The notes under the pieces were generated by a model that saw only the letters and a list, made by a program, of their open reading frames with translations, was not told the origin of the DNA and searched no databases. DNA of 54,601 nucleotides from a virus (taxonomy: Duplodnaviria; Caudoviricetes): positions 1-54,601 of the IMG/VR virus record IMGVR_UViG_3300036715_000254; one strand, given 5' to 3'. This document shows positions 45,863-54,058 of the stretch, in pieces (position 1 is the first letter of the stretch; every line of letters begins with the position of its first letter). A program made the translations under genes and the position numbers.

Positions 45863-46737
45863 TGTTTGGAACAAATGAAATCATCGGGAAAAAGTTCTTT
45901 AAGGATGTGCCAGCAAAGTCACTGTTCGTGACTAGCATGTTCTTTACTCTACAGGGTGAAGGACCGTATGCAGGACAACCAGCATTCTTTGTGCGCCTTG
46001 CGAAATGTAATCTAACATGTAGCTTTTGTGACACCTTCTTTGATGACGGTGAATGGATGACGTATGAAGAAATTCTCACAAAAGCTAAGAGTATTATCTT
46101 CTCTTATTGGGCAGATCAAGAAAAAGTAATCCCAATGTGGTTACATTCTCCGAAGCGTATCTTCGATCGTGTTGTTCTAGTAATGACTGGCGGCGAGCCG
46201 TTGCTACAAGAAAACATTAATGACTTCTTGTTAGTAGCTGGCACAACTATGTTTGGTTGTACTCAAATTGAAAGCAATGGTATTCCTGAAACACCTATCC
46301 CAGATTTTGTTACTTTGGTATGTAGCCCAAAATGTGCTGAGAAAGATGGTAAAGCAACTAAGTATTTCAAGCCGAGTAAGACTATTCTAGAACGAGCAGA
46401 TTGTTTAAAGTTTGTTATGAGCGCGGATCCAGATAGTCCATACTACACAGTTCCTGATTGGGCTCACTCGTGGGCATTAGAAACAGGAAATCCAATCTAT
46501 TGCAGTCCAATGAACATCTACAACGACTTCCCGCAGAAGATTAAATTGCTGCGTGCTGAGAAGGGTGTTATTACAATGGCTGAACGTAGCACTGTTGATG
46601 AAGTGATTAACTTTTTTGAACCTGGATTATTGAATATGGAAAAAGTTAGAGCTAATCATGAGTATGTAGGTAAATATTGTATGGAACATGGATTTAAGAT
46701 GAACATGCAGATGCATTTATTTGCTAATCTAGCATGA
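45862..46737 (+). CDS. queE: 7-carboxy-7-deazaguanine synthase (radical SAM)
   Basis: TLQGEG, CNLTCSFCD, TGGEPLLQ, ESNG, CSPK. Confidence 0.92.
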   Translation: MFGTNEIIGKKFFKDVPAKSLFVTSMFFTLQGEGPYAGQPAFFVRLAKCNLTCSFCDTFFDDGEWMTYEEILTKAKSIIFSYWADQEKVIPMWLHSPKRIFDRVVLVMTGGEPLLQENINDFLLVAGTTMFGCTQIESNGIPETPIPDFVTLVCSPKCAEKDGKATKYFKPSKTILERADCLKFVMSADPDSPYYTVPDWAHSWALETGNPIYCSPMNIYNDFPQKIKLLRAEKGVITMAERSTVDEVINFFEPGLLNMEKVRANHEYVGKYCMEHGFKMNMQMHLFANLA

Positions 46738-46928
46738 ATCCAAGCGAAGAAGTGATGCGCCAACGCTGCTATTCTTTAGTTATAGCAATAGTAGGTAGGC
46801 TCATGGCTCCGTCGTGGTGGCATAGTCCTAATAAAGTGTTTGATGAGCACACGCCGGAAGATGTGCTATCAGTTAATCCTGGAATGGTTTACGAATATTT
46901 AATGAAATACTCAGAAGGAGAATGGTAA
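46734..46928 (+). CDS. Stand-alone Xre/MbcA antitoxin C-terminal-like domain
   Basis: WWHSPNKVFDEHTPEDVL resembles the W..PN..F...TP motif. Confidence 0.55.
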   Translation: MNPSEEVMRQRCYSLVIAIVGRLMAPSWWHSPNKVFDEHTPEDVLSVNPGMVYEYLMKYSEGEW

Positions 46929-47235
46929 TGTACGATAGATTTGATTATGAGCAGCAAATTATGACTTGCTGGAATATCACTACAGAATTGCAAACACTGT
47001 CTGAAGTAATTATGGGAAAATAGCTATCAAAGGTAAACGTTGGGTTATTGTTAACAACGAATCAAAATTTTTCAATCAAACTGAGCTAGATAATTTGGAA
47101 GAACCGTATTCGTATGGTAGAATGTTAAAAGACCGTGGTAAACGTGTTGGAACTATATTTCAATATGGATTAAATTGGTCAGAATTAAAACAAACTTATA
47201 AGAAAGTATCACAAAATGTCATTTCAAAAAACTAA
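46928..47235 (+). pseudogene. Deletion scar: truncated small gene joined to homing-endonuclease-like C-terminal fragment
   Basis: MYDRFDYEQQIMTCWN.. stops at 47023; another frame 47005-47235 (KGKRWVIVNNESKF...YGR) lacks a 5' start. Confidence 0.55.
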
Positions 47236-47896
47236 AATCGACCCAGTGCTTGGCGCTGAAATCCACCAACATTTGTTAAAAATGGGTGTAGAAACTCCAA
47301 TGAATTTTGACAAATTAAATGTTGAGGCAGAAACAAAAATTGATATTATCCAGAAACACATGACAGCAGTTTGGGAGACAATGGGGTGTGACTTGAGTGA
47401 CGATAGTCTAGCAGACACACCAAAGAGAATTGCTAAAATGTTAGTGCTTGAATTAAATTGGGGTATGTTGCCTGATAATTTTCCAAAGTGCACTACTGTT
47501 GACAACAAGATGAAATACGACGAAATGGTTGTTGAACGCAATGTTAATGTTATGTCTACATGTGAACATCACGGAGTTGTCATTGATGGTCTTGCAACGG
47601 TCGGTTATATTCCTAAGCAAAAGGTATTGGGCTTGTCAAAGATTAATCGCATTGTGGAATATTTCAGTAAGCGACCACAAATCCAAGAGCGTCTAACAGA
47701 ACAAATTTATTACGCACTTCAGTACATCCTGGAAACAGATGACATTGCAGTCGTGATTAATGCCCAGCACTATTGTGTTAAGAGTCGTGGTGTTGAGGAT
47801 ACTGGATCAAGCACTATCACTTGCAAACTCGGTGGTGGATTTAAAACAGATGCGGCTCTACGTAAAGAGTTCATGGATCTACACAACTCTCATTAA
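47216..47896 (+). CDS. folE: GTP cyclohydrolase I
   Basis: TPKRIAK, CEHH, GLSKINR, RPQIQERL, HYCVKSRG. Confidence 0.95.
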   Translation: MSFQKTKIDPVLGAEIHQHLLKMGVETPMNFDKLNVEAETKIDIIQKHMTAVWETMGCDLSDDSLADTPKRIAKMLVLELNWGMLPDNFPKCTTVDNKMKYDEMVVERNVNVMSTCEHHGVVIDGLATVGYIPKQKVLGLSKINRIVEYFSKRPQIQERLTEQIYYALQYILETDDIAVVINAQHYCVKSRGVEDTGSSTITCKLGGGFKTDAALRKEFMDLHNSH

Positions 47897-47898
47897 TT

Positions 47899-49152
47899 AT
47901 GTTTGAATATGTAGCATCGGGCTGTAGCTCTATTAAACTCTTCTACGCTGAAACTTCCGAAGCAGAGAATGTCGAGTTTTTCAAGAACACTTATGGGTCA
48001 TTGAACGGACCCAATAGTCATAAAATCTCTCTACTGTATAACGCATACACGGAGAAACTAGCGGGTCCAATCTTTAAGAATGCGTTCCGCGATCACGTGC
48101 ACGCAATCCACGCTGACTCGGGTGGACTGCAAATGATTACTCTGGGTAAGACAATCACTGAGAAGTTGAAACAAGACGTGTACAAGAGCCAAAGCGATAA
48201 CAGCGACGTAGCAATGTGCTTTGACGTTATTCCAGTTCGTATTGACGGTGGTAAGTCGGATCGTTTAGATCTAAGTGGTCGGACATTTGACATCAAACAA
48301 TTGGAAGAAACTGCACGTGCTACTGGAAAGAACATCCGCCAGCAGATTGAGTTTTTCTTAAGTGAGAAAACTGTTGCCAAGCCTTATTTGATTGCACAAG
48401 GAAATTGCTATGATTCTTACATGCGTTGGATTGAGTATATTGTTGATGAACTCCCATCTGATTACGTGCAGCATATTGGGGGTATTGCTATGGGTGCAGC
48501 AGCTCTTGGGAAAGGTACACTTGAAGATATAAAGCGAGCATTTTACTTTACTCAATTGCCGATTGATTTGAAAGAGAATCATATGCACTTGCTGGGCGTA
48601 GGTTCGATTGCTCGACTGTTACCAAACCTTGTATTCATTCAGAATGGATTGTATGACGGTGTGAAGATCTCATATGACTCAACTACTCATACTATTGGCA
48701 CTATCATGGGTCGCTATTACATGGGTGAGGGTGCTATTATGATTGGTCGTCACTTTACTAATGAGTACCAGAACATTCTGGATGACATTAATAAGAACTT
48801 CCCGGGTGTGTTGAACATGACTGTTAAAGACTTCCATGAGTCGATGAATACACCAACTCGTGGCTATGCGGAAAAGTATGGTAGCCCAAATAATCCAATC
48901 CAAGCACACTTAGCGTTCAGTGCATCGGGCATTAAGAACTTCATTGTACAATTGGAGTCGATTTACAAGAGTAAAGACAAATTGCTAAAAACAGCAAAGG
49001 GCAACACTAAGAACTATATCTCATCGCTGTACAATGTAAAGAATACTGCTGATTTTGAGAACTGGTTGCGTCATGTTGGACCATATGTTGACAGCGCACC
49101 TGTTGAAGTTTACACTGAAGACCGTAACACACTAGAGGAATTTTTCGCATGA
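47899..49152 (+). CDS. dpdA: TGT-fold DNA deazapurine transglycosylase
   Basis: ADSGGLQ, FDVIP, AQG, HLLGVG, SYDSTT; inside the que cluster. Confidence 0.82.
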   Translation: MFEYVASGCSSIKLFYAETSEAENVEFFKNTYGSLNGPNSHKISLLYNAYTEKLAGPIFKNAFRDHVHAIHADSGGLQMITLGKTITEKLKQDVYKSQSDNSDVAMCFDVIPVRIDGGKSDRLDLSGRTFDIKQLEETARATGKNIRQQIEFFLSEKTVAKPYLIAQGNCYDSYMRWIEYIVDELPSDYVQHIGGIAMGAAALGKGTLEDIKRAFYFTQLPIDLKENHMHLLGVGSIARLLPNLVFIQNGLYDGVKISYDSTTHTIGTIMGRYYMGEGAIMIGRHFTNEYQNILDDINKNFPGVLNMTVKDFHESMNTPTRGYAEKYGSPNNPIQAHLAFSASGIKNFIVQLESIYKSKDKLLKTAKGNTKNYISSLYNVKNTADFENWLRHVGPYVDSAPVEVYTEDRNTLEEFFA

Positions 49153-49511
49153 TTACCCGTCAAATCCAAGTATCCTTCCAACGTGAAGGTATCCATTGCT
49201 ACCCCGCCGCAGCAACTGACTTAGCATTGGCTGATGTTGCTTTTCTAGCAAATCCACATCGTCACATATTCCACTTCTACGTGAATGTCAGCGTAGTGCA
49301 TAATGACCGTGACATTGAATTTATCATGTTAAAGCGTGAACTCGAGAAGCTGTATTCCAATAGCATTATGCAATGTGATAACAAGTCTTGTGAAATGCTT
49401 GCAGAAGATTTGATAAATTATTTGGTATCTCGCTATCCTGGTCGTACAATAGAAGTTAGTGTATTTGAAGATAACGAAAATGGAGCAGTGTTAAATTATG
49501 TCCAAGACTAA
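49149..49511 (+). CDS. dpdL: QueD-paralog T-fold protein, DpdL-like (proposed CDG decarboxylase)
   Basis: LANPHRHIF matches LxxxHRHxF (motif recalled from literature); SCEMLA, EDNENG. Confidence 0.65.
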   Translation: MITRQIQVSFQREGIHCYPAAATDLALADVAFLANPHRHIFHFYVNVSVVHNDRDIEFIMLKRELEKLYSNSIMQCDNKSCEMLAEDLINYLVSRYPGRTIEVSVFEDNENGAVLNYVQD

Positions 49512-49860
49512 CCGCACATGGGGGACTTATGAAGTTCTTCTAGAAGATGATAATATAAAAGTGAAAAAGATTGTACTTTTTCCAAGTCACGCATTGTCGC
49601 TACAACGACACGAAGATCGGGATGAATACTGGACTATTACAAAGGGTACGGGACTTTCTTTCTCTGAATCAAACAAAAAAACAATTGATGAAGGTGGTAA
49701 AAAACATAAATCTTATCTTATTTCTGTTGGTGACATAGTTCTTAACAGAGTTGGTGATTGGCACTCAATTAGCAATATTAGCAACACAGAAAACCTAGAG
49801 TTCATTGAAATTCAAACTGGAGTTTGTAATGAAAATGATATTGAAAGATTTGTAGAATGA
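49498..49860 (+). CDS. Cupin, mannose-6-phosphate isomerase type II C-terminal-like
   Basis: RTWGTYEVL, LSLQRH..R.EYW, WHSI.N, IEIQTG..E.DIER. Confidence 0.85.
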   Translation: MSKTNRTWGTYEVLLEDDNIKVKKIVLFPSHALSLQRHEDRDEYWTITKGTGLSFSESNKKTIDEGGKKHKSYLISVGDIVLNRVGDWHSISNISNTENLEFIEIQTGVCNENDIERFVE

Positions 49861-50885
49861 TTTATATTGTCCCAATTGAACCTATTGATGCCCGTTACAC
49901 AAAGCAGTGGTATGATAACATTCCGAAAATTATAGCAGCGGCAGGTCAACATTGTATCACAATTGACGGTTGTGTGACTGATGGTAGTGTAACCAAAGGT
50001 GCTTTCCTTGATTTTGGTGCGACTAATGCATATAAAGCGTCGCAAGTACAAAATATCGCAAACTTGTTCAGTTCTGGAAATATCAAAGCAGGCGACAAAT
50101 TCCTTGTGACTGATGCATGGAATTTTGCTGTAACTGCTATTCGATACATGAGCGAATTGCTCGATATTCCAGTTGAAATCCATTCTATCTGGCACGCTGG
50201 ACATTATGATCCAACTGACATTCTTGGTATGAAGATGGGTGAGTGGGCTTTTCACCAAGAACGTGCATGGTACATAGCAAGTGATGTGAATTACTTTGCT
50301 ACTGATTTCCACAAAGATATGTTTGTCCGTAACCTTATTGTCACTGATAAGAAAGCGGTACGTTCTGGTCAACCACACAGCCCATTGATTGATTTGTTGA
50401 CTCCATACATTAAAGCACAAAAGCGTGATATTGTATTGTTCCCACATCGTCTGAACTCGGACAAGCAACCCGAAATCATTGACAACATGGCAAGCGACAT
50501 TAAAGCAAACGTAATTATCAATCAGCGTATGGGTTTGACGAAGGAACAATACTACGACATGGTTGGTCATTCCAAGGTATTGTTTAGTTGCTCACTTCAT
50601 GAAAACCTTGGTATCAGTATGATGGAAGGTGTCTTGGCTGGTGCAATTCCTATTGTTCCGGATCGCGCATCGTACAGCGAAATGTACCTGGATTGTTTCA
50701 AATATCCAAGCGAGTGGACTTCGTCTATAGATAACTATAAAAAGAACCGTTACGACATAGTTGCATTTGTGAATGAGAAGACCAAGAACTACGAAGATTA
50801 TTTGGATAAGTTAGAAACACAACGTAAAATATTGATAGACAACTACTTAACTCCAACTGTAATGATTGAGAACTTACTCAAATGA
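49857..50885 (+). CDS. GT-B fold glycosyltransferase (GT4-like)
   Basis: FPHR...KQP, ENLGISMMEG (E-x7-E), PIVPD. Confidence 0.85.
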   Translation: MIYIVPIEPIDARYTKQWYDNIPKIIAAAGQHCITIDGCVTDGSVTKGAFLDFGATNAYKASQVQNIANLFSSGNIKAGDKFLVTDAWNFAVTAIRYMSELLDIPVEIHSIWHAGHYDPTDILGMKMGEWAFHQERAWYIASDVNYFATDFHKDMFVRNLIVTDKKAVRSGQPHSPLIDLLTPYIKAQKRDIVLFPHRLNSDKQPEIIDNMASDIKANVIINQRMGLTKEQYYDMVGHSKVLFSCSLHENLGISMMEGVLAGAIPIVPDRASYSEMYLDCFKYPSEWTSSIDNYKKNRYDIVAFVNEKTKNYEDYLDKLETQRKILIDNYLTPTVMIENLLK

Positions 50886-51370
50886 ACTATAAATTCAATA
50901 GCACAAAAGAATATGTAGATGCATTCCCTTGCGCATACCGTCAACATAAAACTGATAGTCACTGCAATAAAATTCACGGATACTCATTCAGTATGAAGTT
51001 TTATTTTGGTGCTGACGAATTAGATGCTAGAAACTTTGTAGCTGACTATGGCGGATTGAAAGAACTGAAGAGCGTTCTGGAAAGCCAATTTGATCACACA
51101 TTGCTTGTTTCTGCTGATGATCCGGAACTGGAAACATACAAATTGCTTGAAAGCAAGAAGTTGGCTAAGTTGACAATTCTCCCTCGTTTGGGTTGTGAAG
51201 GATTAGCGGATATGCTTTACAAGTATGTCAACGGAGTCTACATCCCAGATTACTTGGGACAAGGCGAAGCTGATCGTCTGTGGTGTTATCGCGTTGAAGT
51301 TCGTGAGACACAGAGCAACATGGCTTTCCGTGAAGGTCATAGATCCGATAGCGAAGATCTATTCGTCTAA
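50882..51370 (+). CDS. queD: 6-carboxy-5,6,7,8-tetrahydropterin synthase
   Basis: HCNKIHGY, DYG.LK, FDH, EVRET. Confidence 0.9.
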   Translation: MNYKFNSTKEYVDAFPCAYRQHKTDSHCNKIHGYSFSMKFYFGADELDARNFVADYGGLKELKSVLESQFDHTLLVSADDPELETYKLLESKKLAKLTILPRLGCEGLADMLYKYVNGVYIPDYLGQGEADRLWCYRVEVRETQSNMAFREGHRSDSEDLFV

Positions 51371-51390
51371 TTATCACAGTTATTAAGGTG

Positions 51391-51420
51391 GTTCACTTTT
51401 AATCGTTATTGTGTTAGACT
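51391..51420 (+). promoter_or_regulatory. Early-type promoter (variant -10 TAGACT)
   Basis: TTCACT 51392-51397, 17 nt spacer, TGtTAGACT. Confidence 0.7.
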
Positions 51421-51444
51421 CGCGACTGTTTAAATGGATTGATT

Positions 51445-51918
51445 ATGTATTACCTCAAACCCTACATTCTTGGTGAAGTCGCCGACGTTAAATTCTCATT
51501 GAGCGATGCCTGGGATATTTTTGAGCAGCTAGGTATTCTTGATCGCGGAGAAATTGGTGAGAAAGCAGTTGTCAACAAAATGAATGCTAAAAAAGCAAAG
51601 ACGGGTCAAAAAGGTTGGGATCTCACTAAGAGAAATAAATTATTTGAAGTTAAAACATTGACAATCGGCACTGTAATGAATAACGGTTATCCGCGACGCC
51701 GTTGCAATGCAATAGTTACTCATAAAATTGGGACATTGTTGGTTATGGCTGAATGCAACAAATCCGGTAATGTAACCTACATACGCATTCCTTATTCCGC
51801 TTATAAAGGAATGCGTGGACTGACGTTTGATTTTGATGGATCCGGAAAGATGAAAACTACCAGCCGTTGGTATCCTTTTCAAGTAGGATCTTTTGAAGAA
51901 CTGTGTGGTTCACTTTAA
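51445..51918 (+). CDS. Putative PD-(D/E)XK endonuclease
   Basis: GEIGE...QKGWDL...FEVKT. Confidence 0.65.
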   Translation: MYYLKPYILGEVADVKFSLSDAWDIFEQLGILDRGEIGEKAVVNKMNAKKAKTGQKGWDLTKRNKLFEVKTLTIGTVMNNGYPRRRCNAIVTHKIGTLLVMAECNKSGNVTYIRIPYSAYKGMRGLTFDFDGSGKMKTTSRWYPFQVGSFEELCGSL

Positions 51919-51937
51919 TTCGTTTCTGTGTTATAAT
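51908..51937 (+). promoter_or_regulatory. Early-type promoter
   Basis: TTCACT 51909-51914, 17 nt spacer, TATAAT 51932-51937. Confidence 0.85.
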
Positions 51938-51964
51938 AATCACATGGACAACAAAGGAAACAAA

Positions 51965-52255
51965 ATGATTAACTTGGATCAAGTGGGATGCAGCATGACT
52001 ACAGAATACATCTTGCAACTGGCGGACGATTACGCCAGAAACGAAAAGGCAGACTACCTGACAGGTGACGGTAGCGAAGAGTATTTCCGTGACGCCCTAC
52101 GTGCAGCAGTCGAAGCGATGGCGGCAGAGAACGAAAACTTACGCCGTGCAAACCTTGTCTGTGTTGACTACTACAACCAAGCAGTGCAGGAACTGGAAGC
52201 TATGAAGGAAAGCGCAGCCCGCGCAGAGCAGGCACAGAAGGAGGAGGGAGCATGA
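51965..52255 (+). CDS. Early hypothetical coiled-coil protein
   Basis: AAGGA RBS; alternative in-frame ATG 51944. Confidence 0.65.
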   Translation: MINLDQVGCSMTTEYILQLADDYARNEKADYLTGDGSEEYFRDALRAAVEAMAAENENLRRANLVCVDYYNQAVQELEAMKESAARAEQAQKEEGA

Positions 52256-52599
52256 CTAACTTGGAGCAGGCCCAGTACCAGTTCTGGGATATGTATAAGG
52301 ACGCTCACGGCTTCCGTCCACGTGGTATTGATACGTCCACGTGGACGTTGGAAGACTTTGACTACGAGTTTGCGGATTTGGGTAAAGCGATTGAGCGTGA
52401 GAACGATCAGCGTCGCGAAGACGAAATCGTGGCTATGACAGCCTTTGAGGCTCGTGTTACAGCCAACATTGCAATTGGCGCTGGTGACCGTGAGACGGCT
52501 ATCCGTTGGATGCATGAGGCTCACTCCACTAACGGCGACGACGAGTACCTGTGCTACTTGCTGGGTCTCCCTTATAGCTTTTTCCGGGAGACTGTATGA
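52252..52599 (+). CDS. Conserved-type phage hypothetical protein
   Basis: DMYKDAHGFRPR...GAGDRETAIRW...LGLPY motif. Confidence 0.8.
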   Translation: MTNLEQAQYQFWDMYKDAHGFRPRGIDTSTWTLEDFDYEFADLGKAIERENDQRREDEIVAMTAFEARVTANIAIGAGDRETAIRWMHEAHSTNGDDEYLCYLLGLPYSFFRETV

Positions 52600-52802
52600 G
52601 ATTTTTTGGAACTACTGTTGTGAAGTATGCGGTTGTTGAAACTGATGTTTATGTATTCCGCGTAGATAACTCTGGTGTTACGAATCGTTGGTGCTCAGAC
52701 ACTTGCGACTGGGTCTGGTTTGAACGAGAAGAGTTTACTGAAGAAGAACTCGCAGAAGTACAATACCAAGGTATGTCAGCGATGGCATTGGAAAGCCATT
52801 AG
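52596..52802 (+). CDS. Hypothetical protein
   Basis: ATGA-coupled. Confidence 0.6.
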   Translation: MRFFGTTVVKYAVVETDVYVFRVDNSGVTNRWCSDTCDWVWFEREEFTEEELAEVQYQGMSAMALESH

Positions 52803-52803
52803 T

Positions 52804-52938
52804 ATGAACCCCAAACTGTTGAAAATTGTTAATTGGGTTGCTAACTTAGATAAGACTCTAGTGAATGAGTCTCTAGAGTTCCACATCTTTTACCAACTGT
52901 TTGCTCACTTGATTGTGGAAGAACTGGAAACAGCATGA
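52804..52938 (+). CDS. Small hypothetical protein
   Basis: ATG right after upstream stop; FAHLIVEE motif. Confidence 0.55.
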   Translation: MNPKLLKIVNWVANLDKTLVNESLEFHIFYQLFAHLIVEELETA

Positions 52939-53120
52939 TTTACGCATTCCTTCTCATCTTACTATCGCCAGTCTTTATGATTATTGCGCGACTGTTTGGT
53001 GCTAACATTAGCTGGAAAGCTATCATCTTCGTGCCGCCAATCTTTTTGTTTGTGGCAGTTGCTATTACAGTTGGTCCATGGATCATCTTGTTCTTTCTCT
53101 TAGAAAGTATCGCTAAATGA
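52935..53120 (+). CDS. Small membrane protein
   Basis: Two hydrophobic segments. Confidence 0.65.
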   Translation: MIYAFLLILLSPVFMIIARLFGANISWKAIIFVPPIFLFVAVAITVGPWIILFFLLESIAK

Positions 53121-53299
53121 CTGCAGAAGTAATTCAACTCTTTAAACCAAAGCCACAAAAGATGCAGAACCGTAAGTGTTCGTTCTGTGGTACTCCGGAA
53201 CGTGATGCGAAGAAGTTTGTTGCTAGTGAAACCTCTAACCACTGTATCTGTGGTGAGTGTATCGTTAAGGCTAAAGAAAAGGTGATGGAAAATGTTTGA
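53117..53299 (+). CDS. Stand-alone ClpX-type C4 zinc-finger protein
   Basis: CSFCG...ICGECI. Confidence 0.8.
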   Translation: MTAEVIQLFKPKPQKMQNRKCSFCGTPERDAKKFVASETSNHCICGECIVKAKEKVMENV

Positions 53300-53325
53300 T
53301 AACTATTATCGCCACCACAATTCTA

Positions 53326-53350
53326 CACAACGAGGAGATAGTAAATGAAC
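53326..53350 (+). repeat. 25-bp direct repeat, copy 1 (RBS plus start codon)
   Basis: CACAACGAGGAGATAGTAAATGAAC; 24/25 identical to 54368-54392. Confidence 0.85.
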
Positions 53351-54058
53351 ACCAAATATGAATTCGTACCGGGAGACGAGAAAGTAATCGCACCGGGCCG
53401 TACCGTAAAGCGCATTCGCGCCCTAGTGACCATTGCGTTTGTATGCTCAACCGGAGACTTGGGCGGATACATTGAGAGCGAGGAGTCTCTTGCCGAGTCC
53501 GGCAATGCTTGGGTGTCCGGCGATGCTTGGGTGTCCAGCAATGCTCGGGTGTACGGCAATGCTTGGGTGTACGGCAATGCTCATGTGTCCGGCGATGCTC
53601 GGGTGTCCAGCAATGCTCAGATATACGGCAATGCTCAGGTGTACGGCAATGCTTGGGTGTCCAGCAATGCTCATGCGTCCGGCAATGCTCAGATATACGG
53701 CAATGCTCGGGTGTCCGGCGATGCTCATGTGTCCGGCAATGCTCATGTGTCCGGCAATGCTCAGATATACGGCAATGCTCGGGTGTCTGGCAATGCTCAT
53801 GTGTCCGGTGATGCTTATGTGTCAAAACTCGGTCTCATTATCTGGTTCTCGCAAGTTGGCTCAGAAAACGGAACACTGACTGTTTATAACACCAAAGACA
53901 ACACACTGGAGGTCACTCGCGGATGCTTCAAAGGCACTGTCGATGAATTCCTAACCGCATCAGAAAAGAAGCACGACGACCAGACGCACTTGGAATACAG
54001 GATGCTAATTGAAGTTGCGCATTCGCGCATTACTCGTGCAAGGAGTCAAACACCATGA
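53345..54058 (+). CDS. Hexapeptide-repeat (left-handed beta-helix) phage protein
   Basis: RIRAL, GDLGGYIE, tandem GNAxVx, C-terminal VTRGCFKGTVDEF. Confidence 0.85.
   Translation: MNTKYEFVPGDEKVIAPGRTVKRIRALVTIAFVCSTGDLGGYIESEESLAESGNAWVSGDAWVSSNARVYGNAWVYGNAHVSGDARVSSNAQIYGNAQVYGNAWVSSNAHASGNAQIYGNARVSGDAHVSGNAHVSGNAQIYGNARVSGNAHVSGDAYVSKLGLIIWFSQVGSENGTLTVYNTKDNTLEVTRGCFKGTVDEFLTASEKKHDDQTHLEYRMLIEVAHSRITRARSQTP
53501..53821 (+). repeat. 18-bp coding tandem repeat (~18 units)
   Basis: GGC(A/G)ATGCT-NNN-GTGT(C/A)C units. Confidence 0.9.

Noticed and set aside
47899-49152. tRNA-guanine transglycosylase for queuosine
   Set aside because: Lacks the C-terminal CxCxxC zinc motif of bacterial TGT and sits in a phage que cluster; DpdA fits better.
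53501-53821. CRISPR array
   Set aside because: Contiguous 18-bp in-frame units with no unique spacers; it is a coding repeat.
53271-53879. Alternative-frame and minus-strand repeat ORFs (53271-53825, 53433-53879, 53447-53800, 53509-53811)
   Set aside because: Artefacts of a stop-free tandem repeat; only the GNAxV frame has an RBS and recognisable flanks.
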